From Micromonas sp. (taxonomy: Eukaryota): DNA of 32,000 nucleotides. The stretch's first letter is position 1. Each line of letters opens with the position of its first letter. The notes under the pieces are model-generated. The model made no database searches, was not told where the DNA came from, and saw only the letters and a list, made by a program, of their open reading frames with translations. A program made the position numbers and the translations under genes. Of the stretch, positions 18,401 through 26,247 are shown in pieces. The DNA is taken from the NCBI GenBank assembly GCA_000090985.2, contig CP001325.1, forward strand, positions 371,041-403,040. Direction: 5' to 3'.

Positions 18401-19065
18401 TCTTTCGGGAACTTTTCGTCGCGGTCGTCGTTGGGGACGGGAGCGTTCGGGTCGATGTCGCGCGGGCGCCGTCCTCCCCGGGGCTTCTTCTTCGGCTTGA
18501 CGGGCGACGTCGGGTCCGCGGGGGCGTCGTCGTCGTCGGACGAACCGTCCTCGTCGCCGTCGTCGTCCTCGCCGTCGTCGTCCCCGCCGTCCTCGCCGTC
18601 CCCGTACTCAAAGTCGCTGTCGTCGTCGACGAGCCTCGTCGATCGCTGGCGCCGGGGCCGGGCGGACGCGCCGGCGGCGGTCGGTTCAACGGGGTCGGCG
18701 GCGTCCGATGATTTGCGGCGTCCTCCTTTGGCCGGGACGTACGTGTCCTCCGTGGGGGTCTCGCCGAGGCCCGCGAGATCGAGATCGTCGAACCGTAGCG
18801 CCCATCGCTGCTCGAGGAACTTCTCCTGGGGGTTGGCGCACCAGAAGATCGCCTTCGCCTGCTTTTTCTGTTGCGCGGTGCCCCCGACGATGACGTTCGT
18901 GACACCCGACCGCTCCGCGCCCGTACTCGGGTATCGTCGCCCCGCATCCTTTGTCGCCTGGATCAAATCCGTCACCACGAGCCCGTCCTCGCCCGCGTCG
19001 CGAAGAACCTGGAGAATGAGATGGCCCAGCGCGCCCTCGCCGTAGGGCGGGACGATCTTCCCCAT
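15451..19065 (-). CDS. large nuclear/chromatin-type protein: N-terminal winged-helix-like module, acidic tract, putative BAH-like domain, charged coiled coil, poly-Pro, conserved-looking C-terminal domain
   Basis: The track ORF (1418 aa) starts at a GTG at 19707 and runs antisense through the IQ gene. Third-position G/C content is poor between 19066 and 19260 and becomes very high right after the ATG at 19065 (MGKIVPPYGEGALGHLILQVLRDAG..). Stop is at 15453-15451. The BAH-like stretch is WVMCIPGAVLRFNDECLLMLAEAW..RQLFLTERVVERRLDDLYV..CLVRAR. The K/E/R coiled coil is ELREQQAQKARAEAAARERAYEEKREREEKARKDREARQ. Domain calls are pattern recognition only. Confidence 0.7.
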   Translation of the reverse strand: MGKIVPPYGEGALGHLILQVLRDAGEDGLVVTDLIQATKDAGRRYPSTGAERSGVTNVIVGGTAQQKKQAKAIFWCANPQEKFLEQRWALRFDDLDLAGLGETPTEDTYVPAKGGRRKSSDAADPVEPTAAGASARPRRQRSTRLVDDDSDFEYGDGEDGGDDDGEDDDGDEDGSSDDDDAPADPTSPVKPKKKPRGGRRPRDIDPNAPVPNDDRDEKFPKDFHKEVGGRVLGGDVWVCFLPRGDESGQADKSFRLFHQDTKTRRWFRDVDDKGFHAPGTHVAQLRSIVAVTRYLEREEDRGKLSDEDLVAKYSDPKKAATQPKPSTDNVRSKSLERSKSASTEPSAGKVKSKSLERSKSRSLPAERPAPPAAPPAAAAAEGAPVDKQLLRRMRWGWPTAEAIAANKVTSGVPGRRKPGSERVPEDAAAYAFVLVRGAPEGSPPPAVTSPTGWVMCIPGAVLRFNDECLLMLAEAWESAEGVATVSGRMVLTRRQLRETYHLGKGGPVRKMPGWQEDGDLTFATEEAADARQLFLTERVVERRLDDLYVSPDGVPGACLVRARDSRKPPSRGALRDGDDVCAVIAKRKYDADWNNVALEDRGPWMRSNAEVFSPGDPPVPRVGATGAARIARGSMDASGGGGGGAAAAALAAVAEKRRLKTEGSGEPKAEGSAEPEPMDIDGATKKEKRRRVDLLRDDDGDDEGAADGDDGEEYEPEKKIRKKSFVDVVRSGTDQGRPESAPESSREDQRALEDQRALDVHAQVRAKADELREQQAQKARAEAAARERAYEEKREREEKARKDREARQMQLKQMMERQKREKDNAARMNLMGSAVEKQRKEKEEREKRAKADAERARRESEVESEAAAYARQKEKYKDWPVNPKTGKRSLLLEGARHPVWAPAPPPPAPPPPAPPPPAPPPIMRQSSMGSMASMGAHMPRGPPPSWPPPGPPPPPPTAPYLAPTPPDKRDRNVRPGDRDRNRNVRDGGGGHGGPGGWSEPRAGGDRERGDELPKDIDGGLIWVSRREGIDEAYAKKLIGMASDGGLVFQKWITSPNTVIFLCDVSKNDDGHQILLDVFRAQPREGAGERRMYREELGDQPLDPTAFLSSKPDGLPHQVKLVPWQMGSRPGKIGTIQRGRSSILRDTNFRDWLGKDLREKIRDGKDEFPVILTKHMAEELALGLIKEGREQDKRKSRRPGNGGYK
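16304..16363. repeat. 15-bp tandem repeat ggcggaggcgc(c/g)ggc x4
   Basis: Units at 16304, 16319, 16334 and 16349. They encode (PAPPP)4 on the minus strand. Confidence 0.9.
16791..16826. repeat. 18-bp tandem duplication ccagcgctctctggtcct x2
   Basis: Read directly. It encodes EDQRALEDQRAL on the minus strand. Confidence 0.9.
17987..18072. repeat. 26-bp segment gactttgaccgctcgagcgatttgga repeated with a 60-bp period
   Basis: Identical copies at 17987-18012 and 18047-18072. They encode the repeated KSKSLERSKS motif on the minus strand. Confidence 0.9.
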
Positions 19066-19261
19066 TATGCGTCTCACCGCGTGCCCCGATGCGTCCTCAG
19101 CGCTCTGCCCACTCTGCGCCTCTCTCGGTGCCTGAATTGACCTAGCTAAGCTACGAGTGCATAATTCCCCGGAGCTGGCGAGCTGACTTTCCCTCGCAGG
19201 CGGTCCATCAGTCGTCGCAGCGCGTGTTTGCCGTTGGAAACGCCGCTGGCGAGTGGGCGCG

Positions 19262-19798
19262 ATGGAGGTGTCGATTCGCCGCGTGGCGGCCGCGACGCGC
19301 ATCCAGGCGGCGTTCAGGGGTCGTCTCGTGAGGCGCGAGCTCATCGACGCCGTCCGCGTGGACTTCGAGGAGGTGATGCGCCGCGTCGAGGGCCCGCTCC
19401 GCTCGCTCGATTTAAACGCCGCGACGCCTTTGAAGCCGTGGGGGGAGCTCGGATGGAAGAGCCCGAGGCGGCTCTCTCCGCCGTCGGTTCTCGACCTGGA
19501 CATGGAGATCTCGCCGGATAGCGACGCGGGTAACGACGCGGCCGATCGCGCGCCGCGGATCGACGAGCGCGACGACGACGACGCGAGCGCGCGCGTCGCG
19601 TCGAGGGTGGCCGCGGCGATTGAAGGGGTCCGCCTCGTGCGTGCGCGGGCGGACGAGGGCGAGTCCGCGGCGGACGACGAGCGGGCGAGGGAGATGAGGC
19701 TGTCCACGCTGCGGCAGGAGCTCGCGTGGGCGAAGGCGGCGCTGGACGATCGAAGGCAGCACCTGAGGAGGCTACGATGGCAGCAGAGCCAGCGGTAG
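19262..19798 (+). CDS. small IQ-motif (calmodulin-binding type) protein with C-terminal coiled coil
   Basis: The track start at 19253 is a GTG. The first ATG is at 19262 (MEVSIRRVAAATRIQAAFRGRLVRREL). The IQ consensus IQxxFRGxxxR is canonical. Third positions are G/C-rich. Stop TAG is at 19796-19798. Confidence 0.7.
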   Translation: MEVSIRRVAAATRIQAAFRGRLVRRELIDAVRVDFEEVMRRVEGPLRSLDLNAATPLKPWGELGWKSPRRLSPPSVLDLDMEISPDSDAGNDAADRAPRIDERDDDDASARVASRVAAAIEGVRLVRARADEGESAADDERAREMRLSTLRQELAWAKAALDDRRQHLRRLRWQQSQR

Positions 19799-20196
19799 TG
19801 GGTCCACCGAGACCCGGCAGATCCTCCGCGAGCGCGCGGTGTACTAACACGACACTAACAACGGCGAGACGAACGCGTCCGGTTCATCGTAATAAGACTG
19901 GTACATTATGTATTTTCCCGAGGTCTACGCGCGGGAAAAAGTTCGAATAGACTCCAACACACCCGCGGGCGCCGCGCACCCGCACGGCGGCCCGCCCCTC
20001 GCGACGCACGCCGCTCCATCCAGCACAAGCGCCGCGTGGGAAAAAAGCCTCACCGCCACCGCCGCTCTCATTCATCCCACGAGCCGGCGCGACGCGAATG
20101 CCGAATACCCATTCGCGTCCCCGCCCGCCCGCACCGAATTCGCAAATCAACCGCATCCATCGTCAGACGACGAACGAACGAACTGCCGCGAAGAAA

Positions 20197-20824
20197 TTAC
20201 TGGGAGTCGGAGGGGCGCTCCTTACCCTCCCAGGTGGCGTTCCACTGCTTGTCGTAGAAAGTGGCCTCGTCGGCGAGGACGTTGAGGGTGTCGAGATCTT
20301 CGAGTCGGCGGACGGTGAGGCAGAAGGCGACGGTGAGGAAGATGGCCGTCTTGCCGAGGAAGGACTGGTGGAGATCCACGAGACCGGCGCCGCCCGCGGC
20401 GTCGATGAGGTACGCGAACGCGTAGCCGACCATCGCGGCGCGGCCGTTGATCTTCTCAGCCTCGGGGAGGTGGAAGCGCTTCACCCACACCCACCACGGG
20501 ACGATGGAGGTATCGAAGAGGCCGTCCTCGTCGTACACGGCGGGGCAATCCTCGAGCGCCTTGCGGTGGACAACCTCGGCGTCGATCACGGCGTTCCAGT
20601 CGGTCTCGCCGTTGGGGAGCTTGAACTGGTTGAGGTCCCAGGTGCCGTTGACCCAGCGGGGATCGGACCACTCCTGGGTGCCGTTGGCGAAGAGGGCGCC
20701 CGTCTTGGCGGCGACGCCCGCGTCCTTGCCGGCAGCCTTCTCGCCCTCGAGGGTGCCTCCACGCTGAAGAGGGCCGGGGGCCTTCTTGGTGGTGGTCTCC
20801 GCGGCGGCGGCGCACTTGACGGCC
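20197..20824 (-). CDS. LIL3: LIL3 (light-harvesting-like 3) protein, exon 3
   Basis: WSDPRWVNGTWDLNQFKLPNGETDWNAVIDAEVVHRKALED..FDTSIVPWWVWVKRFHLPEAEKINGRAAMVGYAFAYLIDAAGGAGLVDL..DEATFYDKQWNATW is colinear with plant LIL3, including the LHC motif E..NGRAAM.G. The ORF-track M at 20883 is a GTG, so the true start must lie in an upstream exon. Confidence 0.9.
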
Positions 20825-21170
20825 CTGCGACGCGACGGGGAAAGGGAAGGGGCGACGAGGTCAGATGTGGCTCTTGTGTGCACCGGGAGGAGAGTTTGAC
20901 GATTGAGGACCCCATCGCGAGCGCGGGCACGCGCGGCGTCGATCGGAGACGGGATCGGGGCGTCTCACGGAGCCTCGCGACGGATGTAGACGCCGTCGGA
21001 GGACGCGGCGCGCGCCTCAAACCACGCGTCGCATCATCGCGACGCCGTCGCGAGCGCGTATCCGGTCCCCGTATCCGCGACACCGCGCGATAAAAGATAA
21101 CCCTCCGACACGGGATTTCCGTCGGAGTTTGGTTCGGGGTTGAGGGGCGAGCGCGGGGCGAGGGGCGCAC
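20825..21170 (-). other. LIL3 intron 2 (346 nt)
   Basis: On the minus strand: donor AAGAG|GTGCGCCCC at 21170, CTGAC 35 nt before the acceptor, pyrimidine tract CCCCTTCCCTTTCCCC, acceptor GTCGCAG|G at 20825. The phase (2 nt + 1 nt) fits. Confidence 0.65.
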
Positions 21171-21197
21171 CTCTTGGCCTTGGAGGAGCGGACGGAC
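21171..21197 (-). CDS. LIL3: LIL3 exon 2 (27-nt microexon)
   Basis: GTCCGTCCGCTCCTCCAAGGCCAAGAG is flanked by TTCCCTTCCCCGCAG| and |GTGCGC. With the incoming AG it reads R-SVRSSKAK-R, continuing a Ser/Arg/Lys-rich transit peptide. Confidence 0.6.
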
Positions 21198-21413
21198 CTG
21201 CGGGGAAGGGAAACGGGGGCGAGGTCGACGGTGTGGGTCAGTCGCGATGCTCAGAGAACGCGCGCGACGCTCGCGCGGGGCGCACATCCGGACCCGCTGA
21301 TGGGGCATATCGGCATCCTGTTCGCGTTGGCGTTCGCGATGGATTAAAAAGCGAGCCGGGGTTTGCACCGGAAACGACGCGCGTCGACGCGACGCGAGCC
21401 GAGCGAAGCGTAC
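21198..21413 (-). other. LIL3 intron 1 (216 nt)
   Basis: On the minus strand: donor TCCAG|GTACGC at 21413, CTGAC 39 nt before the acceptor, acceptor CCCTTCCCCGCAG| at 21198. Confidence 0.65.
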
Positions 21414-21475
21414 CTGGACAGGCCCGCGACCTTGCCAACCTTGAGGGTGGCCTGGGTAGCGATGGACATGGACAT
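21414..21475 (-). CDS. LIL3: LIL3 exon 1 (start codon plus transit-peptide N-terminus)
   Basis: AAAATG at 21475. MSMSIATQATLKVGKVAGLS is followed by 2 nt (AG) before the GT donor. This is a typical green-algal chloroplast transit-peptide start. Confidence 0.7.
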
Positions 21476-21747
21476 TTTTGTAGGGTGCGGTTACTCTTTG
21501 AGCGGCGACGGAGGCACGCCCTGTACGAGGAATGAGCGCTCGGTCGGGTGCAGTTAGAGATTTGGAGATCCGAAGATCTCTTCGCTTTCGCGATTATTTT
21601 CACGATTTTTTGGTCCATCAGAATTTATGACGGTCTATTTCTTGGTTCGATTATATGGGAATGCCAATAAACAGGAATTTGCCGACTGAAACTCATACGA
21701 TCTGAAATTTGCAAATGGCAGTATCTACATTCCGATGCCGGGCTGCT

Positions 21748-21779
21748 CTGATTGGCAGCTGCTCTGCTCGGCCAATCAG
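21748..21779. promoter_or_regulatory. inverted pair of CCAAT boxes (CTGATTGGC ..14 nt.. GCCAATCAG) upstream of LIL3
   Basis: Perfect 9-nt inverted arms at 21748-21756 and 21771-21779, about 270-300 bp upstream of the LIL3 ATG (21475). The function is inferred from the NF-Y CCAAT consensus only. Confidence 0.4.
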
Positions 21780-22104
21780 CGATCGACCCATCAGCATCTG
21801 CGGGAAAAGGCGAAAACGAGCCAACGACAGCGACGTAGCCGAGAGAAGATGAACAGAACAGGCAACAGACAATGGGGGCTTTCGGGCGCGTCGGCTATCG
21901 ACCATGACGACACGTTCGATGATTATCATGCTGCTTTCGCTTACTTACAAAGTTTTCGTATCGTCGCCGCCCGCGCGATCGCGGCGAAGACGAGGTTCGA
22001 CTCGTCTTCGCCCCCGCACCGCGAGGACAGACTCTAGGTGGGAACAGAAAAGTCAAAAACAATTGTTGCGTTGCGTATCTCTCATGCTGCTGTTTGCCGG
22101 GTCC

Positions 22105-24888
22105 TCAACGGGGACCCGCGGACGCGTCCTGCTCCTCGCCCACGTCCACGTCCGCCATCGTGCCCGTCGCGATTTGCTCCCCGTCGGCGGTGACGTTGAC
22201 GTTCACCATCGCCGACGCCTCCACGTCGCCGTCTGGCGCGAATTCATCCGACGCGTCGACAAACACCGGTACGTGTTCCTCGGGTTCCTCCGTCGCGACG
22301 ATGTTGGATGATGCCGTGGTGAAGATGTCCTTCGGGGGTTTGGGCGGCGTCGCTTCCTCCACCGCCGCCCGTTCCATGGCGTCGAAGAATTCCTCGTCGA
22401 GGGGATCGGCGATGGAGTCTCCGGCGGCGGCGGAGATGGCTTGCGCAATCTCCGCGAGAACCTTGACGTTGAGCGATCCGTCGAGGAGCGCCTGCTCCGT
22501 TCGGAGCTCCCTGACGACGTCGTGGAGGAGCTTGGTGCTGCCTTCTTCCTTGACGGTTCCGTCGACCATGTGGAGGAGGACCGGCGCCTGCTTGGGGTCC
22601 GGCCTCCACGTGTCGACAACCTCGACGAGCGCCACCTCGTCGTGCAGGCTGAGGTTGAGGCCGAGGGCGCGGTTATTTCCAGACTGCCACGTGGCATTCT
22701 CCAGCGCCGCCGGTCCCTCGCCGTCGATCACGACGTACTTGTACTCGTACGTGTCGTCCGCGTGGATCGGGGTGGTCACCGTCCACACGTTCCCCTCGGT
22801 CCACACCATCGGAAACGCCGCGGAGATGTCCCAGTCGTTCCACGTGCCGACCATGGCGACGCGCTGGCCGGGCATGGTCTCGACGGCGATCTCAAACTTG
22901 ACCGGGATGTCGATGTCGCCGGACTTGTAGGACCTCCACCGGCCCATGCGCTCGTTGTGCTTGACCATCTTGATCGCGTTCTCCTTGGCGATCTCGTGCG
23001 CGCGGACCATCGCCTGTTCGAGATCCGCCCTGAGCGCCGCGTCCGCCGCCGCCGCCGCCTTGGTAGCCTCCAGGTCCGCTTTCAGCGCCGCCGTCTCGCC
23101 GGATGCCTTCTCGAGCTGCTTGAACGCGTCGCCGTCGCGCGCCTCCAGCGCCTTGGCCTGGGCCTCGAGCTTGGCGCGAAGCTCGTTAGCCTCGTTCATG
23201 ACGCGGCCCAGCTCTTGCTCCATGTCCAGGTTCTGCTGCACCGAGTCGCGGGAGGTGTCGTCCATCATCTGCTTCAGCACGTCCATGTCTTGACGCACGT
23301 CGCTGAGCTCCTTTTCGGCATCCGCGCGCGCCTGCTGCGCCGCGCGCATCTCAGCCTCCATCGCCTGGAGTCGATCAGACGCAATCGCAACCTCAGTCTC
23401 GAGCTCGGCGCGAATCGCCTCGATCTTCTTCATGGCCTCGACGTCGGACTCGTCCGCAGCCTTGGCAGCCTCCTCCTCGGTAGCCTCGAGCTTGGACTTG
23501 GTCTCCTTCAGTTCCTTCTCCATGGCGAGGAAGTTCTCCTTGGTGGTCTTCTCCCAATCTTCGCGGTCCTTGCGCCACGCCTCGAGCTCAGCCTTGGCCT
23601 TCTGGGCACCCTCGAGCTCGCCCTCGTACTTGGCGCGGAGCTCGTCAGCCTCCTTCATCATCGTCTCGCGGACAGTCTCCGCGGCGGATTTGGCGTCCAT
23701 GAGTTCAGCCCTGAGCGTGGATGTCTCGCCGAGCGCCTTCTCGAGATCAGCCTTGGCCCGCGTGAGCTCCTCGTCCGCGGCAGCCTTGTACTTCTCCAGC
23801 GTCTCCGTCTTGAGCTGGTACGCCTCCTCGAGCTTCTTAGCGTCGTCGGACCTCGCCGCGTCGAGATCTTTCTGAACCGCCTCCAGCTTCTCGGCGGCGG
23901 CGCTCTCCGCAGCCTCGAGCTTGGCCAACAGGTCCGCTCGCGCGCGCTCGAGCTTTTCGGCGGCGGCTTTGTCGGACGCCTCCAGCATCTCCTCGGCCGC
24001 CTTCTCCGCCGACTCGATCTCGGTCCTGGCGGCGGCGAGCTCAGCGTTCGCCGCCTCCAGCTTCTCGGCGGAGGCCTTCTCGACCGCCTCCAGCTTCTCG
24101 GCGGAGGCCTTCTCGACCGTCTCCAGCTCAGCCTTGAGCGCCTTCTCGACCGTCTCCAGCTCAGCCCTGGCGGCGCTCTGCGCGGCTTCGAGTTTCTCCG
24201 CGGCGGCGGCGTCGGCCGCCTCCATCTCGGACTTCCACCTGGACTCGACCTCGGCGATGGCCGCGTCAGCCTCCGACTTGGCCTGCGCCTCGATCTTCTG
24301 CGCGAGGAGTTCCTTCTCCTTGACCACCGCCGCGAGCGCCTCTCGCGCCTCCTCCACCTCGCGCGCCTGCTCAGCCTCCCGCATCATGAACTTCGCCTCG
24401 AGCTTCTCCATCTCGAACGTCGCCCTCTTGTTCATCTTCGTCTCCAGATCGGTCGCCTTCTTCTCGAGCTCGTCCCTCTGCTTCGCCGCCGACGCGTGTT
24501 CTTTGATCATCGCCGCGAGCTTTTCCTCGGCATCCTCGAGCCGCTCCGCCAGCTCCTGCTCGTGATCCGTGAGGAGCTCCTCCCTGGCCTTGGCGATCTC
24601 CGCCAAGGCGAATCGCCTGGCGGCGAGGACGACGGCGAGGAGCGCGGCGCACGGCGCAGCCGCGGCGAGCCCGACTTGCCACGCGGGCGTCTCCCTGACG
24701 ATGAGAGCCGCGAGCTCCTGGCGCGTCATCGCCTCCGCCGGGGTCTTGACCTCCTTCACGACCTCCACCTCCTTGACGTTGATGACGGGCGAGGCGTCCG
24801 AGCCGGATCCCTCGAGACCCGCGGCGAGCGCGACGACCGCGGACGACGGCGACGACGACGACGACGACGGTGAGATCATCGCCGCCGT

Positions 24889-24920
<32 letters not shown>

Positions 24921-25539
24921 CCTCCTCGGCGGCGACGACGAGGGCCTCCGCGACGGTCGCGGCGGTCGCGGGCGGCGCGAGTGCCGCGGCGGAGTTTCCC
25001 CTGCCGACCGCCGTCTTGAGGAGGTAGGACGCGGCGGTGGCGCCGGCGGCGGCCATGCCTCCGTTGACGACAGCATCCGGGAGGGCGTGCGCGCGGCGGG
25101 GCGCGACGAGGGACGCGCCGGCGATGGCGACGCCCGCGAGCGCCATCTTGATCGTCTTGCCCCAGGACTGCGGGAGCGCGGGAAGGGGACTTGGGGTTTC
25201 AGCGAGGGGCGAGCGAGGCGCGGGGCCGAGGCGATCGGGTCGGGAAGAATTAATTAATTCCGGGCCGACAGCACGGTTCTTCGGGTGCCGAGGAGACGCG
25301 GGTTCGCGCGCGCGCACGGGACGGACCTTGGCGCGCTTCTCCTCGCGGTTCTCGCCCGGGAACGGGGGAGGGGGTATCCATCGGGACTCCTCGGTCTCCG
25401 GTCCGCCGGACACCCGCGCTCGCACGACCACGCAGGTGGCGCGACCGGAAGCGCGCTGGGCGGCAATCCGGCTCCCGCCATCGCGGCGAGACCTCCACGG
25501 CGCGAGGGCGCCGGAGAAGGCGAGTGACGCCACGCTCAT
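22105..25539 (-). CDS. plastid-type transit peptide / hydrophobic segments / ~600-aa coiled coil / CBM20 starch-binding domain protein
   Basis: ATG 25539 (MSVASLAFSGALAPWRSRR..) to stop 22105. There are two hydrophobic stretches (MALAGVAIAGASLVA; VGLAAAAPCAALLAVVLAA). A long E/K/A-rich heptad/hendecad region follows. The CBM20 (about 22603-22917) is IPVKFEIAVETMPGQRVAMVGTWNDWDISAAFPMVWTEGNVWTVTTPIHADDTYEYKYVVIDGEG..ATWQSGNNRAL..VEVVDTWR, matching the CBM20 pattern (..G.W........W...V.L....EYKY......W E.G.NR....VTDTWR). It may contain an in-frame intron at 25168-25326 (see findings). Confidence 0.85.
24052..24166. repeat. 33-bp (11-codon) tandem repeat inside the coiled coil
   Basis: Identical units cgcctccagcttctcggcggaggccttctcgac at 24052 and 24085 encode VEKASAEKLEA. 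A related unit sits at 24118 (VEKALKAELET), and a partial fourth unit starts at 24151. Confidence 0.9.
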
Positions 25540-26179
25540 CGCGCCAACGGCTGACGGGAGTGGCGCGTTCGGTCAATGAGAGGTCCCTCGAGATGCGAAC
25601 ACGCCCGTGCGCCGCGCCGAGGGTTCGCTTCGATGCGCCCGGCGCGCTCGATCACTGCGCGGCGCGGCGTTGCTCGTTTCCCGGTTTATTTCCCAGGAAG
25701 TTTCTGAGAGTTGAACTTTCGGCGGAATGCGAAGAACTTTTCCGATACGAGCGAGGACGCGAAGGGCGATCGCTCGGGGGTGCGCGATCGACGACGCGTG
25801 AAACCGAGACGGTAGACGGGTCCGGAGACTCCCGTCGGTGCGGCGACGCGTCGGTGCGCCCGGATATATCGCGCCGAACGCGCTCTCCAGGTCCGAAACC
25901 GGCTCCGAAGTTTCGGAGGTCCCAGCAGTTCTAGCACCCCAAAAAAAGGCCGGTTCGGCCCAGCACACGGGAGCCTTTTGTTTGCACGTTTCTCTTGTGA
26001 CGTGTCGAGATATTTGTATTTGATTGGCCGGGTCGCCACGGTCTGAAAACGCCGAATTCTCAGCCGCGCCCGCGTATGGGATTCATTGCAGATATTTCGC
26101 CGATTCTGTTTGGAGGTCTCCCGACCACGCACCGCTCGAGAAGATTCCTCGAGCTGAATTTCGACAGATCCTAACTGTT

Positions 26180-26247
26180 CCTACGTAGGTCAGGCTTCGA
26201 GTTTATGGTTAACGACGATCGAAAATAGGTCACGTGACTGTCACGTG
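26180..26247. promoter_or_regulatory. cluster of ACGT-core palindromes: CCTACGTAGG, GTCACGTGAC (G-box) and a second CACGTG 11 bp later
   Basis: The 10-bp palindromes are at 26180-26189 and 26229-26238. CACGTG is at 26231-26236 and 26242-26247, as a GTCACGTG direct repeat with an 11-bp period. The cluster lies 167-234 bp upstream of the CorA-like ATG, in the divergent spacer shared with the CBM20 gene. The function is inferred from bZIP/bHLH G-box knowledge. Confidence 0.45.

Noticed and set aside
20098-21093. 331-aa plus-strand ORF
   Set aside because: It lies antisense to LIL3 exon 3 and intron 2 and has no motifs. The LIL3 homology on the minus strand is unambiguous.
20825-21170. C/D-box snoRNA hidden in the long LIL3 intron 2 (GCGATGATGC ... 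CTGA)
   Set aside because: The C-box is imperfect (TGATGC rather than TGATGA). The nearest CTGA is about 190 nt away and coincides with the branch-site CTGAC. I found no terminal stem.
14784-21413. Whether the introns belong to a repeated 'introner element' family
   Set aside because: The introns share only generic splice-signal grammar and C-rich composition. I saw no extended sequence similarity among them by eye, and a genome-wide comparison is required.
22441-24873. 810-aa plus-strand ORF
   Set aside because: It lies antisense to the coiled-coil/CBM20 gene. The product is L/R/G/E low-complexity with no motifs. It is the mirror image of GAG/AAG/GCC-rich codons, which lack reverse-complement stops. 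The minus strand carries the CBM20 and coiled-coil signatures.
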